DNA of 64,000 nt from an uncultured Acidobacteriota bacterium (lineage in GTDB: Bacteria; Acidobacteriota; UBA6911), in contig CAWHCF010000022.1 in the NCBI GenBank assembly GCA_963827655.1, positions 160,001 through 224,000 on the forward strand, read 5' to 3'. The position numbers and the translations under genes are program-made. Positions 9,778 to 20,045 of the stretch are shown piece after piece (the stretch's first letter is position 1; the number at the start of each line of letters is the position of its first letter). The notes under the pieces are model-generated. The model worked only from the letters and a program-made list of their open reading frames with translations, made no database searches and was not told the origin of the DNA.

Positions 9778-11567
9778 CGAACTCCTCCTGCGGCGGAACG
9801 GCTGCCGCTCTCGTCCATTGGCGCAGGCAGCAACGGGGGCTTTTCCTGAGATTTGACCTTCTTCTGGACTTCAATCTGCGATATGAGGATGGCCGGCGAG
9901 ACGGCAGCGACCGGCACGGCGCCTGACTCGGCGCCACAGATGCCGTTGAAGACGTTAAGGGTGTTGTCCGCGGCGACAATCTTGCTGAAGGCGGTCAGCG
10001 GTGTGCCGATGAGGTCGACTCCCCGAACCAGTTCCTCGCGGCCGTCGGGATAGATCCGGTATACCAGGATGGGGAGAACGTTGAAGGCATTAGGGATCAT
10101 GCGGCCGGTGATCGTAAAGCCGCCCTGAATGTCTTCGAAGAAAAGGCCGAACGGCTTGTTTTCAGCCTTTAGCTGCTCGATCAATTTGACTTTCAATTGC
10201 TCCCGTGTGAGCGCGGCCGAGGTTTCGACAAACAGGTTGGATTGTCGCGCCACGGGCCGCAGGCCAGGCGACTTCCGCCCATGTCCGTTGGACCGGGCAA
10301 AACCCTCAATCGGAGAACGAGACATGAGGAAACTCTTGAAAACTCCTCTGTCGATCACGGGGACCCGCCGCGCCCGAACGCCCTGGTTGTCAAAATTATA
10401 AGAACCGATCAGGTCCCAGTCTTTAGCCCGGCGCAGCGTAGGATCGAAGAAGATGTTGAAGGTTTCGGGCAGCAACTGCTCGTTGATCTTTTTCTTGAAG
10501 GTCTGTCCCTCCTCCTCCCGTTTCTGCCGGTGCCCTTCGATGCGGTGGCCGAAGACTTCATGGAGGAAAACGCCGCTCGCGCGGCCGGACAGGATCGCGG
10601 GCCCGATGTACGGATCCACAACGGGCGCCTTGCGCAGGGCATGCAGATCCTGAATGATCTTCTGAACTGCTCTGAGAACCGTCGCGTCGTCAGGCAGTCC
10701 TTCCGGAGTGAATGCGAAGAAGGACTCGTAGCGCGGCAATTCCATTCCGTCTTCCGCTTTCGTGAACGCCGAAACGAAAAGGCGATAGTAGCGCTGCGAC
10801 GTTTGCAGTTCCGAACCCTCACTGTTCGTGAACCAGCGGGTCTCTGCATTCGCAGAAAGGTAGGCGTTCGCTTCGTAAATATCTCCGTATTTCGCAAATG
10901 GAGCCGTGTATTTCCTGAGCTTTTCTTCCCAGGCTTTAGAATCCAGGCTGATCTTCTGAACGGGCTCTATGTGTTTCTCGGGCTGCTCCTGCGAAAAGTC
11001 GGGAGACTGATCCTCGGGTTTCACCATGACCTGAACGTTGGTTCGCACTTTGGTGAACGCTTCGGCGGCGCTCTTGTACCGCCGGTCGGTGTGGTACCAG
11101 AGCAGTTGACGTATTGCCTCAGGGTTGTCCTCAATCGGAGCTTCAACAAAGGAAAAACGATCAGAGAAGTCGAAGCCAGGAAAACTGCCGCGGATGTCGT
11201 GAGTATTGTCGATGTTGTAGTCACCGACTCTCACGTCGATATCCAACTGACGGCGCCGGCTCTCCGAGCTGTTGACAAGCTTGCCGAAGGCACTGTTCAC
11301 GTTGACGGTATGGGTGTCGGTAATCTCGTAGCTCAAGAAATAGGGCGGAACGGCCTGTTTCTTCAGCGTCTCCATTGAACGGCTGAGTTCCGCTTTCATT
11401 GCATCCAGAACTGGCGCGGGGCCCGTCGCCGGGAAACCGGTACTGAATGCAAGCATGGACAGGCAAAAGGTCAGAATCGAGGCCAGATGTAAACGAAGCG
11501 CTTTGCGGCCGTAGCGGATCGGCGACCTCTTGACTAGATCGCAACCGGGATTGACAGAATCTCTCAT
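9774..11567 (-). CDS. TldD-family zinc metallopeptidase with signal peptide
   Basis: HEVFGHRIEG zinc motif, DNQGV, SNGHGR, RQSNL, GICGAESG; start codon uncertain (11567 has a GAGGGG RBS). Confidence 0.9.
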   Translation of the reverse strand: MRDSVNPGCDLVKRSPIRYGRKALRLHLASILTFCLSMLAFSTGFPATGPAPVLDAMKAELSRSMETLKKQAVPPYFLSYEITDTHTVNVNSAFGKLVNSSESRRRQLDIDVRVGDYNIDNTHDIRGSFPGFDFSDRFSFVEAPIEDNPEAIRQLLWYHTDRRYKSAAEAFTKVRTNVQVMVKPEDQSPDFSQEQPEKHIEPVQKISLDSKAWEEKLRKYTAPFAKYGDIYEANAYLSANAETRWFTNSEGSELQTSQRYYRLFVSAFTKAEDGMELPRYESFFAFTPEGLPDDATVLRAVQKIIQDLHALRKAPVVDPYIGPAILSGRASGVFLHEVFGHRIEGHRQKREEEGQTFKKKINEQLLPETFNIFFDPTLRRAKDWDLIGSYNFDNQGVRARRVPVIDRGVFKSFLMSRSPIEGFARSNGHGRKSPGLRPVARQSNLFVETSAALTREQLKVKLIEQLKAENKPFGLFFEDIQGGFTITGRMIPNAFNVLPILVYRIYPDGREELVRGVDLIGTPLTAFSKIVAADNTLNVFNGICGAESGAVPVAAVSPAILISQIEVQKKVKSQEKPPLLPAPMDESGSRSAAGGVR

Positions 11568-11945
11568 AGATCCCCCTCTCCAGTCTTCAGAGCGCTGACT
11601 GTCAGACTTGATGTCGAAACGGGCCAACGGTTGGGCGGGGTCCCGCGGGGATTGAGCCGCCGTCCGCCCGCTCAACGGCACGCGACTCAATTAATTGTGA
11701 TTTCAGGAAAGAGATCGTTTCCTGAATCAATTGAGAGTGTGTGTGGGCCTCCGCTTCAAATCGTAACCGGTGTGGCTCCGAGGTATGACCATGATGATAT
11801 CATGCTTCCGCACAGTCGCGAAGCTGTTGCGCGACTTGAAAACCTCTTGTCGGAACGAAGAGCATGAGCGACATTGGCTCTTCGTGTCTTTGAGTCTTAG
11901 AGGTATTTGTCAGACAGCTTAATCACGACGACACGAAGAACCACA

Positions 11946-13370
11946 TTATTGCTTTTCGATTACTTCCTTGATCACGTGACCATGCACATCGGTAAGCCTT
12001 CGGTTAATGCCGTTGTGATAGAAAGTCAGTTTCTCGTGGTCGAGCCCGAGCAGGTGCAAGACGGTCGCGTGGAAATCGTAAATAGTGGCTACGTTCTCGA
12101 CCGCACGTCTGCCGAAGTCGTCTGTAGCACCATAGCTGACGCCGTGCTTCACCCCCGCTCCGAGCATCCAGACCGTAAACCCGTCCGGATTGTGATCGCG
12201 GCCAAGCGTGCCAGCCTGATGCGTTGGCATACGGCCGAACTCTGTAGTCCAGAGAACCAACGTGTCGTTCAAGAGGCCGTGGCTCTTCAGGTCTTTGATG
12301 AGCCCCGCCGTAGGACGGTCCAGAATCGGGCAGTGCCTTTCGTAATCCGCCTTGAGTGTCTTGTGCGCATCCCAGTTCAGCAGGCCATCCACGCCGGATG
12401 CGCGAGAGCCACAAAAGAGCTGCACAAAGCGAACTCCCCGCTCAATGAGCCTCCGTGCCAGGATGCAATTGCGGGCGTAAGCGGCAGTCAGCGGATTAGG
12501 ATCATCGGCGCCGTACAGGTCGCGCGTTGCCTTCGATTCCCTGCTCAGATCTGCCGCTTCGGGTGCTGACAATTGCATGCGGGCTGCCAGTTCGTAAGCC
12601 CGGACCCTGGCTGCCAGCTCTGAAGTGCCTGGATGCTCTTCCGCGTGCAGTTTATTAATGAAGCGCAGAAAGCTCAGCGTCGCCTCGTCTGCGTCCGAAC
12701 TGGTCTCCTTCGGCCGAGCGAGGTTGCGGATTGGCTCGGCGTCGCTAAAAGTAATGCCCTGATACTCGGCTGGCAGAAAACCCGCGGTCCAGTTAGCCGG
12801 ACCTGAAGGAGGAATTCCGCGAATATCAGGTATCGCGACGTAGGCAGGAAGGTTTTCGGTCTCGCTGCCCAGCGCATAGCTAACCCAGGCACCAACGCTA
12901 GGGTAACCCTCGATGACGAAGCCCGTGTTCATCTGACAACATGCGGGGCCGTGGGTGTTGCTCCGGGCGGTCATGGAGTGAATAAAGGCCATCTCGTCGA
13001 CGAGCTGACCAAGGTGCGGCAACAACTCCGTGACGTACTTTCCCGTTGTGCCACAGCGCTTGAATTCCCACGGGCTGCCCATGAGATTCCCGTTCGCCCC
13101 CTGAAAGGAGACGAGCTTCTCTTCACCCGGCAGCGGCTCTCCATTGCGTTTTTGTAGTTCGGGCTTGTAATCGAACGTGTCCATATGCGACACGGCGCCC
13201 GGACAGAAGATCTGAATCACCCGTTTGGCTTTCGGCAGGAAGTGGGGTTGTCGCACGTCGGCCGCTAATTTGTTTCGCTCAAGGAGCAGGCAGGCGAAGG
13301 CGATGCCCTTCAGGCCGTCACCGATTTCACCGAGAAACTGTCTTCGATTCACCCAATGGTTACATGACAT
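11946..13370 (-). CDS. DUF1501 domain protein
   Basis: RRQFL Tat-like motif, [60 protein letters not shown]. Confidence 0.95.
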   Translation of the reverse strand: MSCNHWVNRRQFLGEIGDGLKGIAFACLLLERNKLAADVRQPHFLPKAKRVIQIFCPGAVSHMDTFDYKPELQKRNGEPLPGEEKLVSFQGANGNLMGSPWEFKRCGTTGKYVTELLPHLGQLVDEMAFIHSMTARSNTHGPACCQMNTGFVIEGYPSVGAWVSYALGSETENLPAYVAIPDIRGIPPSGPANWTAGFLPAEYQGITFSDAEPIRNLARPKETSSDADEATLSFLRFINKLHAEEHPGTSELAARVRAYELAARMQLSAPEAADLSRESKATRDLYGADDPNPLTAAYARNCILARRLIERGVRFVQLFCGSRASGVDGLLNWDAHKTLKADYERHCPILDRPTAGLIKDLKSHGLLNDTLVLWTTEFGRMPTHQAGTLGRDHNPDGFTVWMLGAGVKHGVSYGATDDFGRRAVENVATIYDFHATVLHLLGLDHEKLTFYHNGINRRLTDVHGHVIKEVIEKQ

Positions 13371-16248
13371 GAACAAACTCGTTCGCATTCAGCAGGGCGC
13401 GGCAGAAAACCGACAGCCCGTGTCGATTAATCAACTCCAGAGCCGCCGCCTTTTCCTGCGGCTGCGGTGCGCGCCCGAAGGCGAGCCTGTAGGCGCGCTC
13501 GACCTGCGCGCCTCGGTCCGTCTCTCCTGTTTCGCGAACCAGGCGCTCAGCAAGAAAGGCCGCCTGGTCCACAACGAAACGACTATTGAGAAGGGTGAGC
13601 GCCTGAAGCGGACTGGTAGTCACGACCCGCTTCGGCTCCGGAAGCGTTGAGTCCGGGCAGTCATGGGTGGCCAGCACGTCGTCACGAACCGATCGAGCAA
13701 ACTGGTGGTACACCGAACGCCGGAAAGTCTCCTCTGGAAATTCCTCTACCGGAAGATAGGTCGCCACGTTATCTACCGTGTATTTGTAGAGTTGAAACCC
13801 GGGACCACCCACATCCCGTTTCAACTTTCCACTCACGGCGAGGATGGTATCGCGAATCGCCTCTGCCTCCAGCCGCTTGGGCGGGAAACGCCAAAGATAG
13901 AGCGCCTCGCTGTCGGCAGCCGCCGCCTTGGCGTCGTACTTGCTCGATTGCCGGTAGGCGGCCGAGAGCATGATTTCGCGGTGAAAAGGTTTGAGCCTCC
14001 ATCCGAGTTCCACGAGCCGATTCGCCATCCATTCGAGCAACTCCGGATGCGTGGGATGCCCGCCATTGAATCCGAAATCACTGGGTCTATTGACCAGGCC
14101 GCGGCCAAAGTGGTAGTGCCACAGTCTATTCACCAGCACCCGTGCCGTGAGTCCGTTGCGGTCGTCGGCAATCCAGCGAGCCAGCGCGAGGCGGCGCGCG
14201 CCTTCCGGAGCGTTCGGATCCAGCTCGAAACCGGGAAGCATCCTGCTCATTACGGCGAGGCTGCCGGGAGCGATGACTTCTCCCTTATCCGCGGGATTGC
14301 CACGTTTCAGGATTCGCGTCGACTCCTGCGGTTCGGTAAACCGTCCGATATATGCGGTCGGCAATTTGGGGATTTCACCGATCCGTCTCTCTAATTCCTT
14401 GCTGCGCCGGCTCAGCGCCTTCCACTGCTCTTGCTCTGCGCTCGAGAGCACCTCGAGCAGGAAAACCTCTTCACGTTCTCCCTGGTCAAAGGGCAGGCGC
14501 TTGGAGGAATCCACGAGCTTCGCCCAGTTTACGCCGTCAATCGACGTCTCAAAGACGTACTTGACCGGAACTTGAGTGAGGAATCTCCCCTGAAAAGCGC
14601 CTGACCGGTCGCGCGACCAGAAAACCCTCGCGATCCTGTGTGTCCTGGGAAATTCGATCGTGACTTGACCCATACCGCGTTCGCTCGAAATCCAGAGCTT
14701 ATCGAACTTGCCGTCCACCAGGTTCTCTACCTCGTACGCCTCGGTCCCGGTGCCGGTAGACCGCGTCGATCTCGCGCTCGCGCGGGCGCCGGTGGATTGG
14801 AGCGCAACATTTGCAGGGCTCGGCTCGTCCGTCCAGATTTCGAGCTCGTCCATTGCGGGCGGGCTGTTCTGCGGAACCGCTGCCTCCACGCTCATCCGCA
14901 CGAAGCGAGCCTCGATAGGATTAAAGGTCTCTTCGGTTCCCCGCGGCTCGACCGGCGGCTTGTACCTGGCCGCAATGGTATCGCGCTGTTGTTCCACGAG
15001 ACGGGCGGTCTTCGCCTTCAAGCCGGACATCTGATCAAGGATTTCTTTCAGCTCCTTCCTGAGTGGTTCCTCGGCAGCACGGCGATGCGCTTTTTCTTCT
15101 GCGGTGGCCAACTCGCGCTCGGCGTGTTCCACACCTGCAAATGCAGCCTGGATGCGATGGTAATCTGCCTGCGAGATTGGATCAAACTTGTGGTCGTGGC
15201 AGCGCGCGCAATTCACGGTAAGGCCCAGGAAGCCCATCCCGGTTGTCGCCACAATATCATCGAGATCGTTGGCACGCTTCTGCAGTTCGCCTTCAACGTT
15301 TTCGATTTTCACTGTGTCGTGGATTCCGGCAACCAGAAAGCCGGTCGCGACCTCGACGTCGGGATTGTTCGCCGCGACCTGATCCCCGGCCAGGTGCTCG
15401 ATTATCATCCGGTTGAAGGGTTTATCCTGGTTGAAGGATCGAATCACGTAATCGCGCAAAGGCCAGGCGCGCTCTCGCAGATGGTTCTGCTCGTAGCCGT
15501 GGCTCTCACCAAAGCGGATCACATCGAGCCAGTGCCGGGCCCAGCGCTCGCCGTAGTGAGGTGACGCGAGCAACCGGTCGATCAGCTTCTCGTATGCGTC
15601 AGAACTCTCGTCGCTAACAAACGCCTCCACCTCGCCGGGAGTCGGAGGGAGGCCGAGCAGGTCGAAGGTTGCACGCCGAATGAATGTTCTCCGGTCGGCT
15701 GGTGGTGACGGCTGCAGGCCTTTCTCGTGAAGCTTCGCGTAGATGAAGCGATCGATGGGCGAGGCCGACCAGCCAGCCGGCGAGCCATCAATATTCGGCG
15801 GCCGAACCACAGTCAACGGCTGCAACGACCACCAGTCCGGCCCTGCCCGCGGCCGAACTATATTCTTGCCAAGGACTCCAGTCCACGGAGCGCCGGCTTC
15901 GATCCACCTGCGGATGATCGCCTTCTCACCGGCGGGAAGCGGGTCGCCGGGAGGCATCTCGTCCGAAGCGATTCTCTTGAACAAAAGACTGTCGTCGGGG
16001 TTACCCGGCAAGAGTGCCGAGCCCCTTGTGCCCCCTTTGCGCGCCGCATCCAGGCTATCGAGGAGCAAACCCGAGGTTTTCAATTGAGCATTGTGGCAGG
16101 AGAGGCAGCGCTTCTCGAGAATTGTCTTGGCCTCCGCCTCGATTCCGGTGCCATCCTGGGCGCGCAGCGAGAATCCGCAAACCGCTGCGAGGAGGACGGC
16201 CAAGACTCCTATCCGCCCGGCAAGCGCTTTCGACCGCCGACTATTCAT
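13360..16248 (-). CDS. Planctomycete cytochrome c + DUF1549 + discoidin-like insert + DUF1553 protein
   Basis: CLSCH and [11 protein letters not shown] heme-type motifs, [32 protein letters not shown]; central F5/8-like segment ([21 protein letters not shown]). Confidence 0.9.
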   Translation of the reverse strand: MNSRRSKALAGRIGVLAVLLAAVCGFSLRAQDGTGIEAEAKTILEKRCLSCHNAQLKTSGLLLDSLDAARKGGTRGSALLPGNPDDSLLFKRIASDEMPPGDPLPAGEKAIIRRWIEAGAPWTGVLGKNIVRPRAGPDWWSLQPLTVVRPPNIDGSPAGWSASPIDRFIYAKLHEKGLQPSPPADRRTFIRRATFDLLGLPPTPGEVEAFVSDESSDAYEKLIDRLLASPHYGERWARHWLDVIRFGESHGYEQNHLRERAWPLRDYVIRSFNQDKPFNRMIIEHLAGDQVAANNPDVEVATGFLVAGIHDTVKIENVEGELQKRANDLDDIVATTGMGFLGLTVNCARCHDHKFDPISQADYHRIQAAFAGVEHAERELATAEEKAHRRAAEEPLRKELKEILDQMSGLKAKTARLVEQQRDTIAARYKPPVEPRGTEETFNPIEARFVRMSVEAAVPQNSPPAMDELEIWTDEPSPANVALQSTGARASARSTRSTGTGTEAYEVENLVDGKFDKLWISSERGMGQVTIEFPRTHRIARVFWSRDRSGAFQGRFLTQVPVKYVFETSIDGVNWAKLVDSSKRLPFDQGEREEVFLLEVLSSAEQEQWKALSRRSKELERRIGEIPKLPTAYIGRFTEPQESTRILKRGNPADKGEVIAPGSLAVMSRMLPGFELDPNAPEGARRLALARWIADDRNGLTARVLVNRLWHYHFGRGLVNRPSDFGFNGGHPTHPELLEWMANRLVELGWRLKPFHREIMLSAAYRQSSKYDAKAAAADSEALYLWRFPPKRLEAEAIRDTILAVSGKLKRDVGGPGFQLYKYTVDNVATYLPVEEFPEETFRRSVYHQFARSVRDDVLATHDCPDSTLPEPKRVVTTSPLQALTLLNSRFVVDQAAFLAERLVRETGETDRGAQVERAYRLAFGRAPQPQEKAAALELINRHGLSVFCRALLNANEFVHVM

Positions 16249-16698
16249 GTTTCTACTCCCTCCGCCATCGGGCGACCCAGCTTGTGGCGCCTTCAGTCCG
16301 AAGCAGAGAATCCTGTCACGGCTGATAATAGCCAGTATTAGGGTCAACGTGAAGGAGGTTTTCACGAGGTGACGGCTAGCCACCGTACCTGTGATCGGAG
16401 GTTCTTCTTTTGGAGTGCGTCCCGGCCGCGCGTCGCTTGCGCGTCTGTTCAACAGATCTGGCTGCGGGAAGCGGCGCGTTCTCGTTTCGGCGATCCCGCC
16501 GGCGTTATCGCAGCGCTCAGCGTCGGACTCGAGTGTCTCGGCCGCCAAGGCAGTTCGAATGAGCTCGCCCAAATGAGTTCGATGGTAGAGGGCGTCGATC
16601 GTTTGGCCCTGCTCTCCTGATCACACGGCGCTCGTGACGGCTGTCCCCATGCTCGATCACCGCGTGACGCGCAGATGCCCCACATGGTCCAGTGGCCG

Positions 16699-17067
16699 TT
16701 ACTTCTGGCCAACACGTTTCAGAGAAAGCCTTGCATTATCCGTCCTGTCGCCTCTGGTTCGTTTCATCTCGCCTTTGATTTCATTCTCGGTGGCTTTCAA
16801 GTCGAAGTGGATCGTCCCTTTGCCTGTGGGTATTTCAAACGTCAGCTTGTCGCCTTCCACTTTGCCGTTCTGCATCGGATGCTGCTCATCCTCGGTGGGT
16901 CCGCCGCTTCCAGAAAGCTGGCCGCCCTCTTGTTTTAAAATCATGAAGACCGGCTCGGATTTTGCTTCGTCCTGCACGTCGACGAATCTTCCGGACCATT
17001 TGCCGGAGACGTCGATGGCAGCAAGTGGCAGAGCCACGAACGCGACCGCAAGAAATAAAGTTCTCAT
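16699..17067 (-). CDS. Small secreted beta-rich hypothetical protein
   Basis: RBS AGGAGG, signal peptide, DVSGKWSG...LKQEGGQLSGSGGP...GKVEGDKLTF. Confidence 0.75.
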   Translation of the reverse strand: MRTLFLAVAFVALPLAAIDVSGKWSGRFVDVQDEAKSEPVFMILKQEGGQLSGSGGPTEDEQHPMQNGKVEGDKLTFEIPTGKGTIHFDLKATENEIKGEMKRTRGDRTDNARLSLKRVGQK

Positions 17068-17186
17068 TGTATCCTCCTGGTTGGACATGCTGGCAGCTAC
17101 AACGGACTTGCAGTCCTGATAGTTCGAAACATCTGGAGGGGAACAATTCTTCTTTTCTGCAGCCCTAACGAAGGGTTGACCCGTTG

Positions 17187-17226
17187 AAATTGTCAATCGA
17201 CAATCGTCAATCGTCAATCGTCAATT
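17187..17226. repeat. GTCAATC heptamer tandem array next to the ADOP stop codon
   Basis: aaattgtcaatcgacaatcgtcaatcgtcaatcgtcaatt. Confidence 0.8.
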
Positions 17227-19766
17227 CATTCATATCTCAGCGCCACCGTTGGGTCGGTGCGTGAGGCTCGCCTCGCCGGCACGTAGCCGGCGAGAGTCGC
17301 GACTGCCAGCATCAACAGCGTCGCCATCACAATGGTGGCCGGGTCGGTGGGTTTCAACCCAAACAGGTACTTCTCGACCAGACGCGTGGCTGCCAGTGCA
17401 CCGGGGACACCCAGGACGATCCCAATCCCGACCAGCAGCATTGTTTCCCGGAGAACCATCCGGAGCATGGCCGAGCGCTGCGCGCCCAGAGCCATGCGGA
17501 TGCCGATTTCCCGAGTCCGCCGGACCACGGCGTAAGACATGAGACCGTAGAGGCCGACGCAGGCCAGGAGCAGGGCCAGCGCGCCAAAGAAACTCAACAG
17601 CTTGGCGATCAACTGCTCGTCGGCCAGAGTTCGGTTGACCTGGTCTTCCAGCGTCCTGACATTCCGAATCACGAGGTTGCTGTTGATCTCCTTCAGCGCC
17701 TGGCGGATTTGTCCGGTCATGGCGGAGGGGTTTCCCACCGTGCGCACCTCGATAGCGGAAACACGACCCTGGCCTTGCACCCAGGGAAGATAGGTCATGC
17801 GGGGGGTCTGCTGGCGCAGGTTGTCGTATTTCGCATCCTGAACCACGCCGACAATTTCAACCGCCTGGTCCCGATCCAGTTGCGCCGCAAAAGGGATATA
17901 GCGCCCGAGCGAGTCTGATTTGGGAAAATAAACGAGCTTCCCCAGGGGGCTCTGCTGACCAAAGTAGTGTCGCGCCATCGTTTCGTTGATGACGCCGACC
18001 TTGGGTGACGTTGCCGTGTCCTCGTAGCCGAAGTCGCGCCCGAGCAGCAATCTCATCCCGAGCGTTTCAAAGTAGCGGTTGGATACCCAGTTTTGCCGGA
18101 CATCGCCATCGGTTTCGGGATTCACATTGGAGCCCGGCACGCGCACGGGCGCGGTGGTTGCCGATCCACTCAACAGGCCATATTTGGAAAGGCTGGCCGA
18201 TCGCACGCCCGGCAGGGCGTTGAGCCGCTGGTGCACCTGAGGGCCCAGCGCGGCGATTTCAGGCGGCTTGAGCGCGGCCGGATCGGCCATGACCGTGATT
18301 GAGAGGACGTTGTTGCGCTCGAAGCCGGCGTCGAACGCCCGCAGATTCTGCAGGCTGCGGATCAGCAGCGCGGCGCCCACCAGGAGCACAAGAGAAAGCG
18401 CTACTTGCGAGATAACCAGCGTCCGGCTAAAGCGCTGTCTGGGCGGGCTGCCGCTCTGGCTGCCGGCGCTTTCTTTCAGCGCAGGATTCAGATCCACGAC
18501 CGCTGTCAGGAGCGCCGGTACCAAGCCAAAGAAAATCCCGGTCAAAAGCGAGACGGCCAGCGTGAAGCCGAGCACACGCCATTCCGGGCGAAGATCGAGT
18601 TGTATTGGAGAGCCCCCGCCCGAGGCAAGCCCGAGCAGAAGCTCGCTGCCCCACGCCGCAAGGAGCAGACCCGTGGCACCGCCCATGATGGCAAGCAGCA
18701 TGCTTTCCGTGAGTAGTTGCCGGATCAGCCGGCCACGGCCCGAGCCGAGGGCCAATCGAATGCCGATTTCCTTTTGCCGTGACGCCGATCGCGCCAGCAG
18801 CAGATTAGCCACATTGCAACAGGCGATGAGCAAGACCAATCCGACCACGGCCATGAGCAGCCGCAGCGGCTGCGAAAAACGCATTCGCAGCGCGGCAAAG
18901 CCTTTGCTGCCGGGCTCGAGTTCCACCCGGACCTCTTCGAGCTTGGGCGCGCTGTGGATCAAGCTACCTTTTCCGCTCAGGATCTCGTCGGCCAGCAGTT
19001 GACGATACAGGAACGTCAAGGCCGTTGTGGCCTGCCGCTCATCGGTACCGGGTTTCAAGCGTCCCATCGTTCTGAACCAGGTCGCAGTGCGCACTTCCAG
19101 GAGACTCCTCGGCTCCAGGCTGGGTTGCATCCGAATAGGAAGCCAGATGTCGGGAAGTACCCCCACCGATTCGCCAAAAAACTCCCGGGGTGTGACGCCT
19201 ACGATCGTGAAAGCTGCGCCATTGAGCATGATGGTCCGCCCCAGGATCGAGACGTCGCGGGCGAACTGGCGTTCCCAGAAGCCATGGCTGATGACGGCGA
19301 CAGGGCCTTGCGGTCCCCCCACGCCAGGCACCTGGTCATCTTCCGCGGTAAACACCCTCCCACGCATGGCGTTCACGCCGAGAACGGAGAAGTAGTTCCC
19401 GGAGACGAGCCTTCCGCGCAATCCCCCTGCGAGCTGCAGCTCGCCGTAGCCCTCCATGCTGACCCGCAGCACGTCAACCGAACCGCTCGCAAAGATCCCC
19501 GACAGCGCGTCCTGACGCTGGGAAATCTCGCGAAAGATCGGGAAGTTGAAGTCGCGGCCTCGATTGCCGTGAACCGGTCTGACGACGACGAGCTGCTCCG
19601 GATTCTCGACTGGAAGCGATTTCAGGAGCACAGCGTCTATCAAGCTAAAGATGGCGGTATTCGCCCCAATGCCGAGAGCCAGAGACAGTACCGCCACCGC
19701 CGTGAAGCTGGGACTCTTACCCAGCATCCGCACGCCGAACCTCAGATCCTGCCAGAAAGTCTCCAT
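17226..19766 (-). CDS. ADOP-type ABC transporter permease (duplicated MacB_PCD/FtsX)
   Basis: METFWQDLRFGVRML.KSPSFTAVAVLSLALGIGANTAIFS, CCNVANLLLAR, RTREIGIRMALGA, DPTVALRYE. Confidence 0.95.
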   Translation of the reverse strand: METFWQDLRFGVRMLGKSPSFTAVAVLSLALGIGANTAIFSLIDAVLLKSLPVENPEQLVVVRPVHGNRGRDFNFPIFREISQRQDALSGIFASGSVDVLRVSMEGYGELQLAGGLRGRLVSGNYFSVLGVNAMRGRVFTAEDDQVPGVGGPQGPVAVISHGFWERQFARDVSILGRTIMLNGAAFTIVGVTPREFFGESVGVLPDIWLPIRMQPSLEPRSLLEVRTATWFRTMGRLKPGTDERQATTALTFLYRQLLADEILSGKGSLIHSAPKLEEVRVELEPGSKGFAALRMRFSQPLRLLMAVVGLVLLIACCNVANLLLARSASRQKEIGIRLALGSGRGRLIRQLLTESMLLAIMGGATGLLLAAWGSELLLGLASGGGSPIQLDLRPEWRVLGFTLAVSLLTGIFFGLVPALLTAVVDLNPALKESAGSQSGSPPRQRFSRTLVISQVALSLVLLVGAALLIRSLQNLRAFDAGFERNNVLSITVMADPAALKPPEIAALGPQVHQRLNALPGVRSASLSKYGLLSGSATTAPVRVPGSNVNPETDGDVRQNWVSNRYFETLGMRLLLGRDFGYEDTATSPKVGVINETMARHYFGQQSPLGKLVYFPKSDSLGRYIPFAAQLDRDQAVEIVGVVQDAKYDNLRQQTPRMTYLPWVQGQGRVSAIEVRTVGNPSAMTGQIRQALKEINSNLVIRNVRTLEDQVNRTLADEQLIAKLLSFFGALALLLACVGLYGLMSYAVVRRTREIGIRMALGAQRSAMLRMVLRETMLLVGIGIVLGVPGALAATRLVEKYLFGLKPTDPATIVMATLLMLAVATLAGYVPARRASRTDPTVALRYE

Positions 19767-19793
19767 CACTCCTCCGTTGTGAAAACCAGTAGC

Positions 19794-19809
19794 GCACGAG
19801 CCGTGCCAA
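19794..19809 (-). promoter_or_regulatory. Sigma-54 (-24/-12) promoter
   Basis: Minus strand TTGGCACGGCTCGTGC (GG-N10-GC), about 28 nt upstream of the permease ATG. Confidence 0.7.
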
Positions 19810-20045
19810 CGACTCCGTCGCTCGAAGCTATTGAGTGAGTTAGCGCATACCGAAAGGCAGGCAGTTGCCCGACGGATAGAGGTGTCCGCTATTGGGATGG
19901 GAATCCTTCGAAAGCGAACAGTCCACTTGCGCTTCATCGCGGCTTCGTGATTAGTAGCCGCCTGGACGTCGCACATCGCCAATCTGGCACTGAAGCCGAA
20001 CCGTCGTGTCCGTTGGAACGACACCAAAGGTTAAGTGGAAAAGTG

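Noticed and set aside
10197-11378. Long antisense ORFs (also 14638-15564, 30150-31406, 44451-45356, 51382-52593)
   Set aside because: Shadow or alternate frames of well-supported genes in GC-rich DNA with no recognisable motifs
7846-11567. RiPP/microcin cluster around TldD/E
   Set aside because: No precursor peptide, YcaO, radical SAM or other maturase nearby
16249-16572. N-terminal extension of the 1070-aa ORF
   Set aside because: The RBS (GGAGGGAG) and signal peptide point to ATG 16248; the extension looks non-coding
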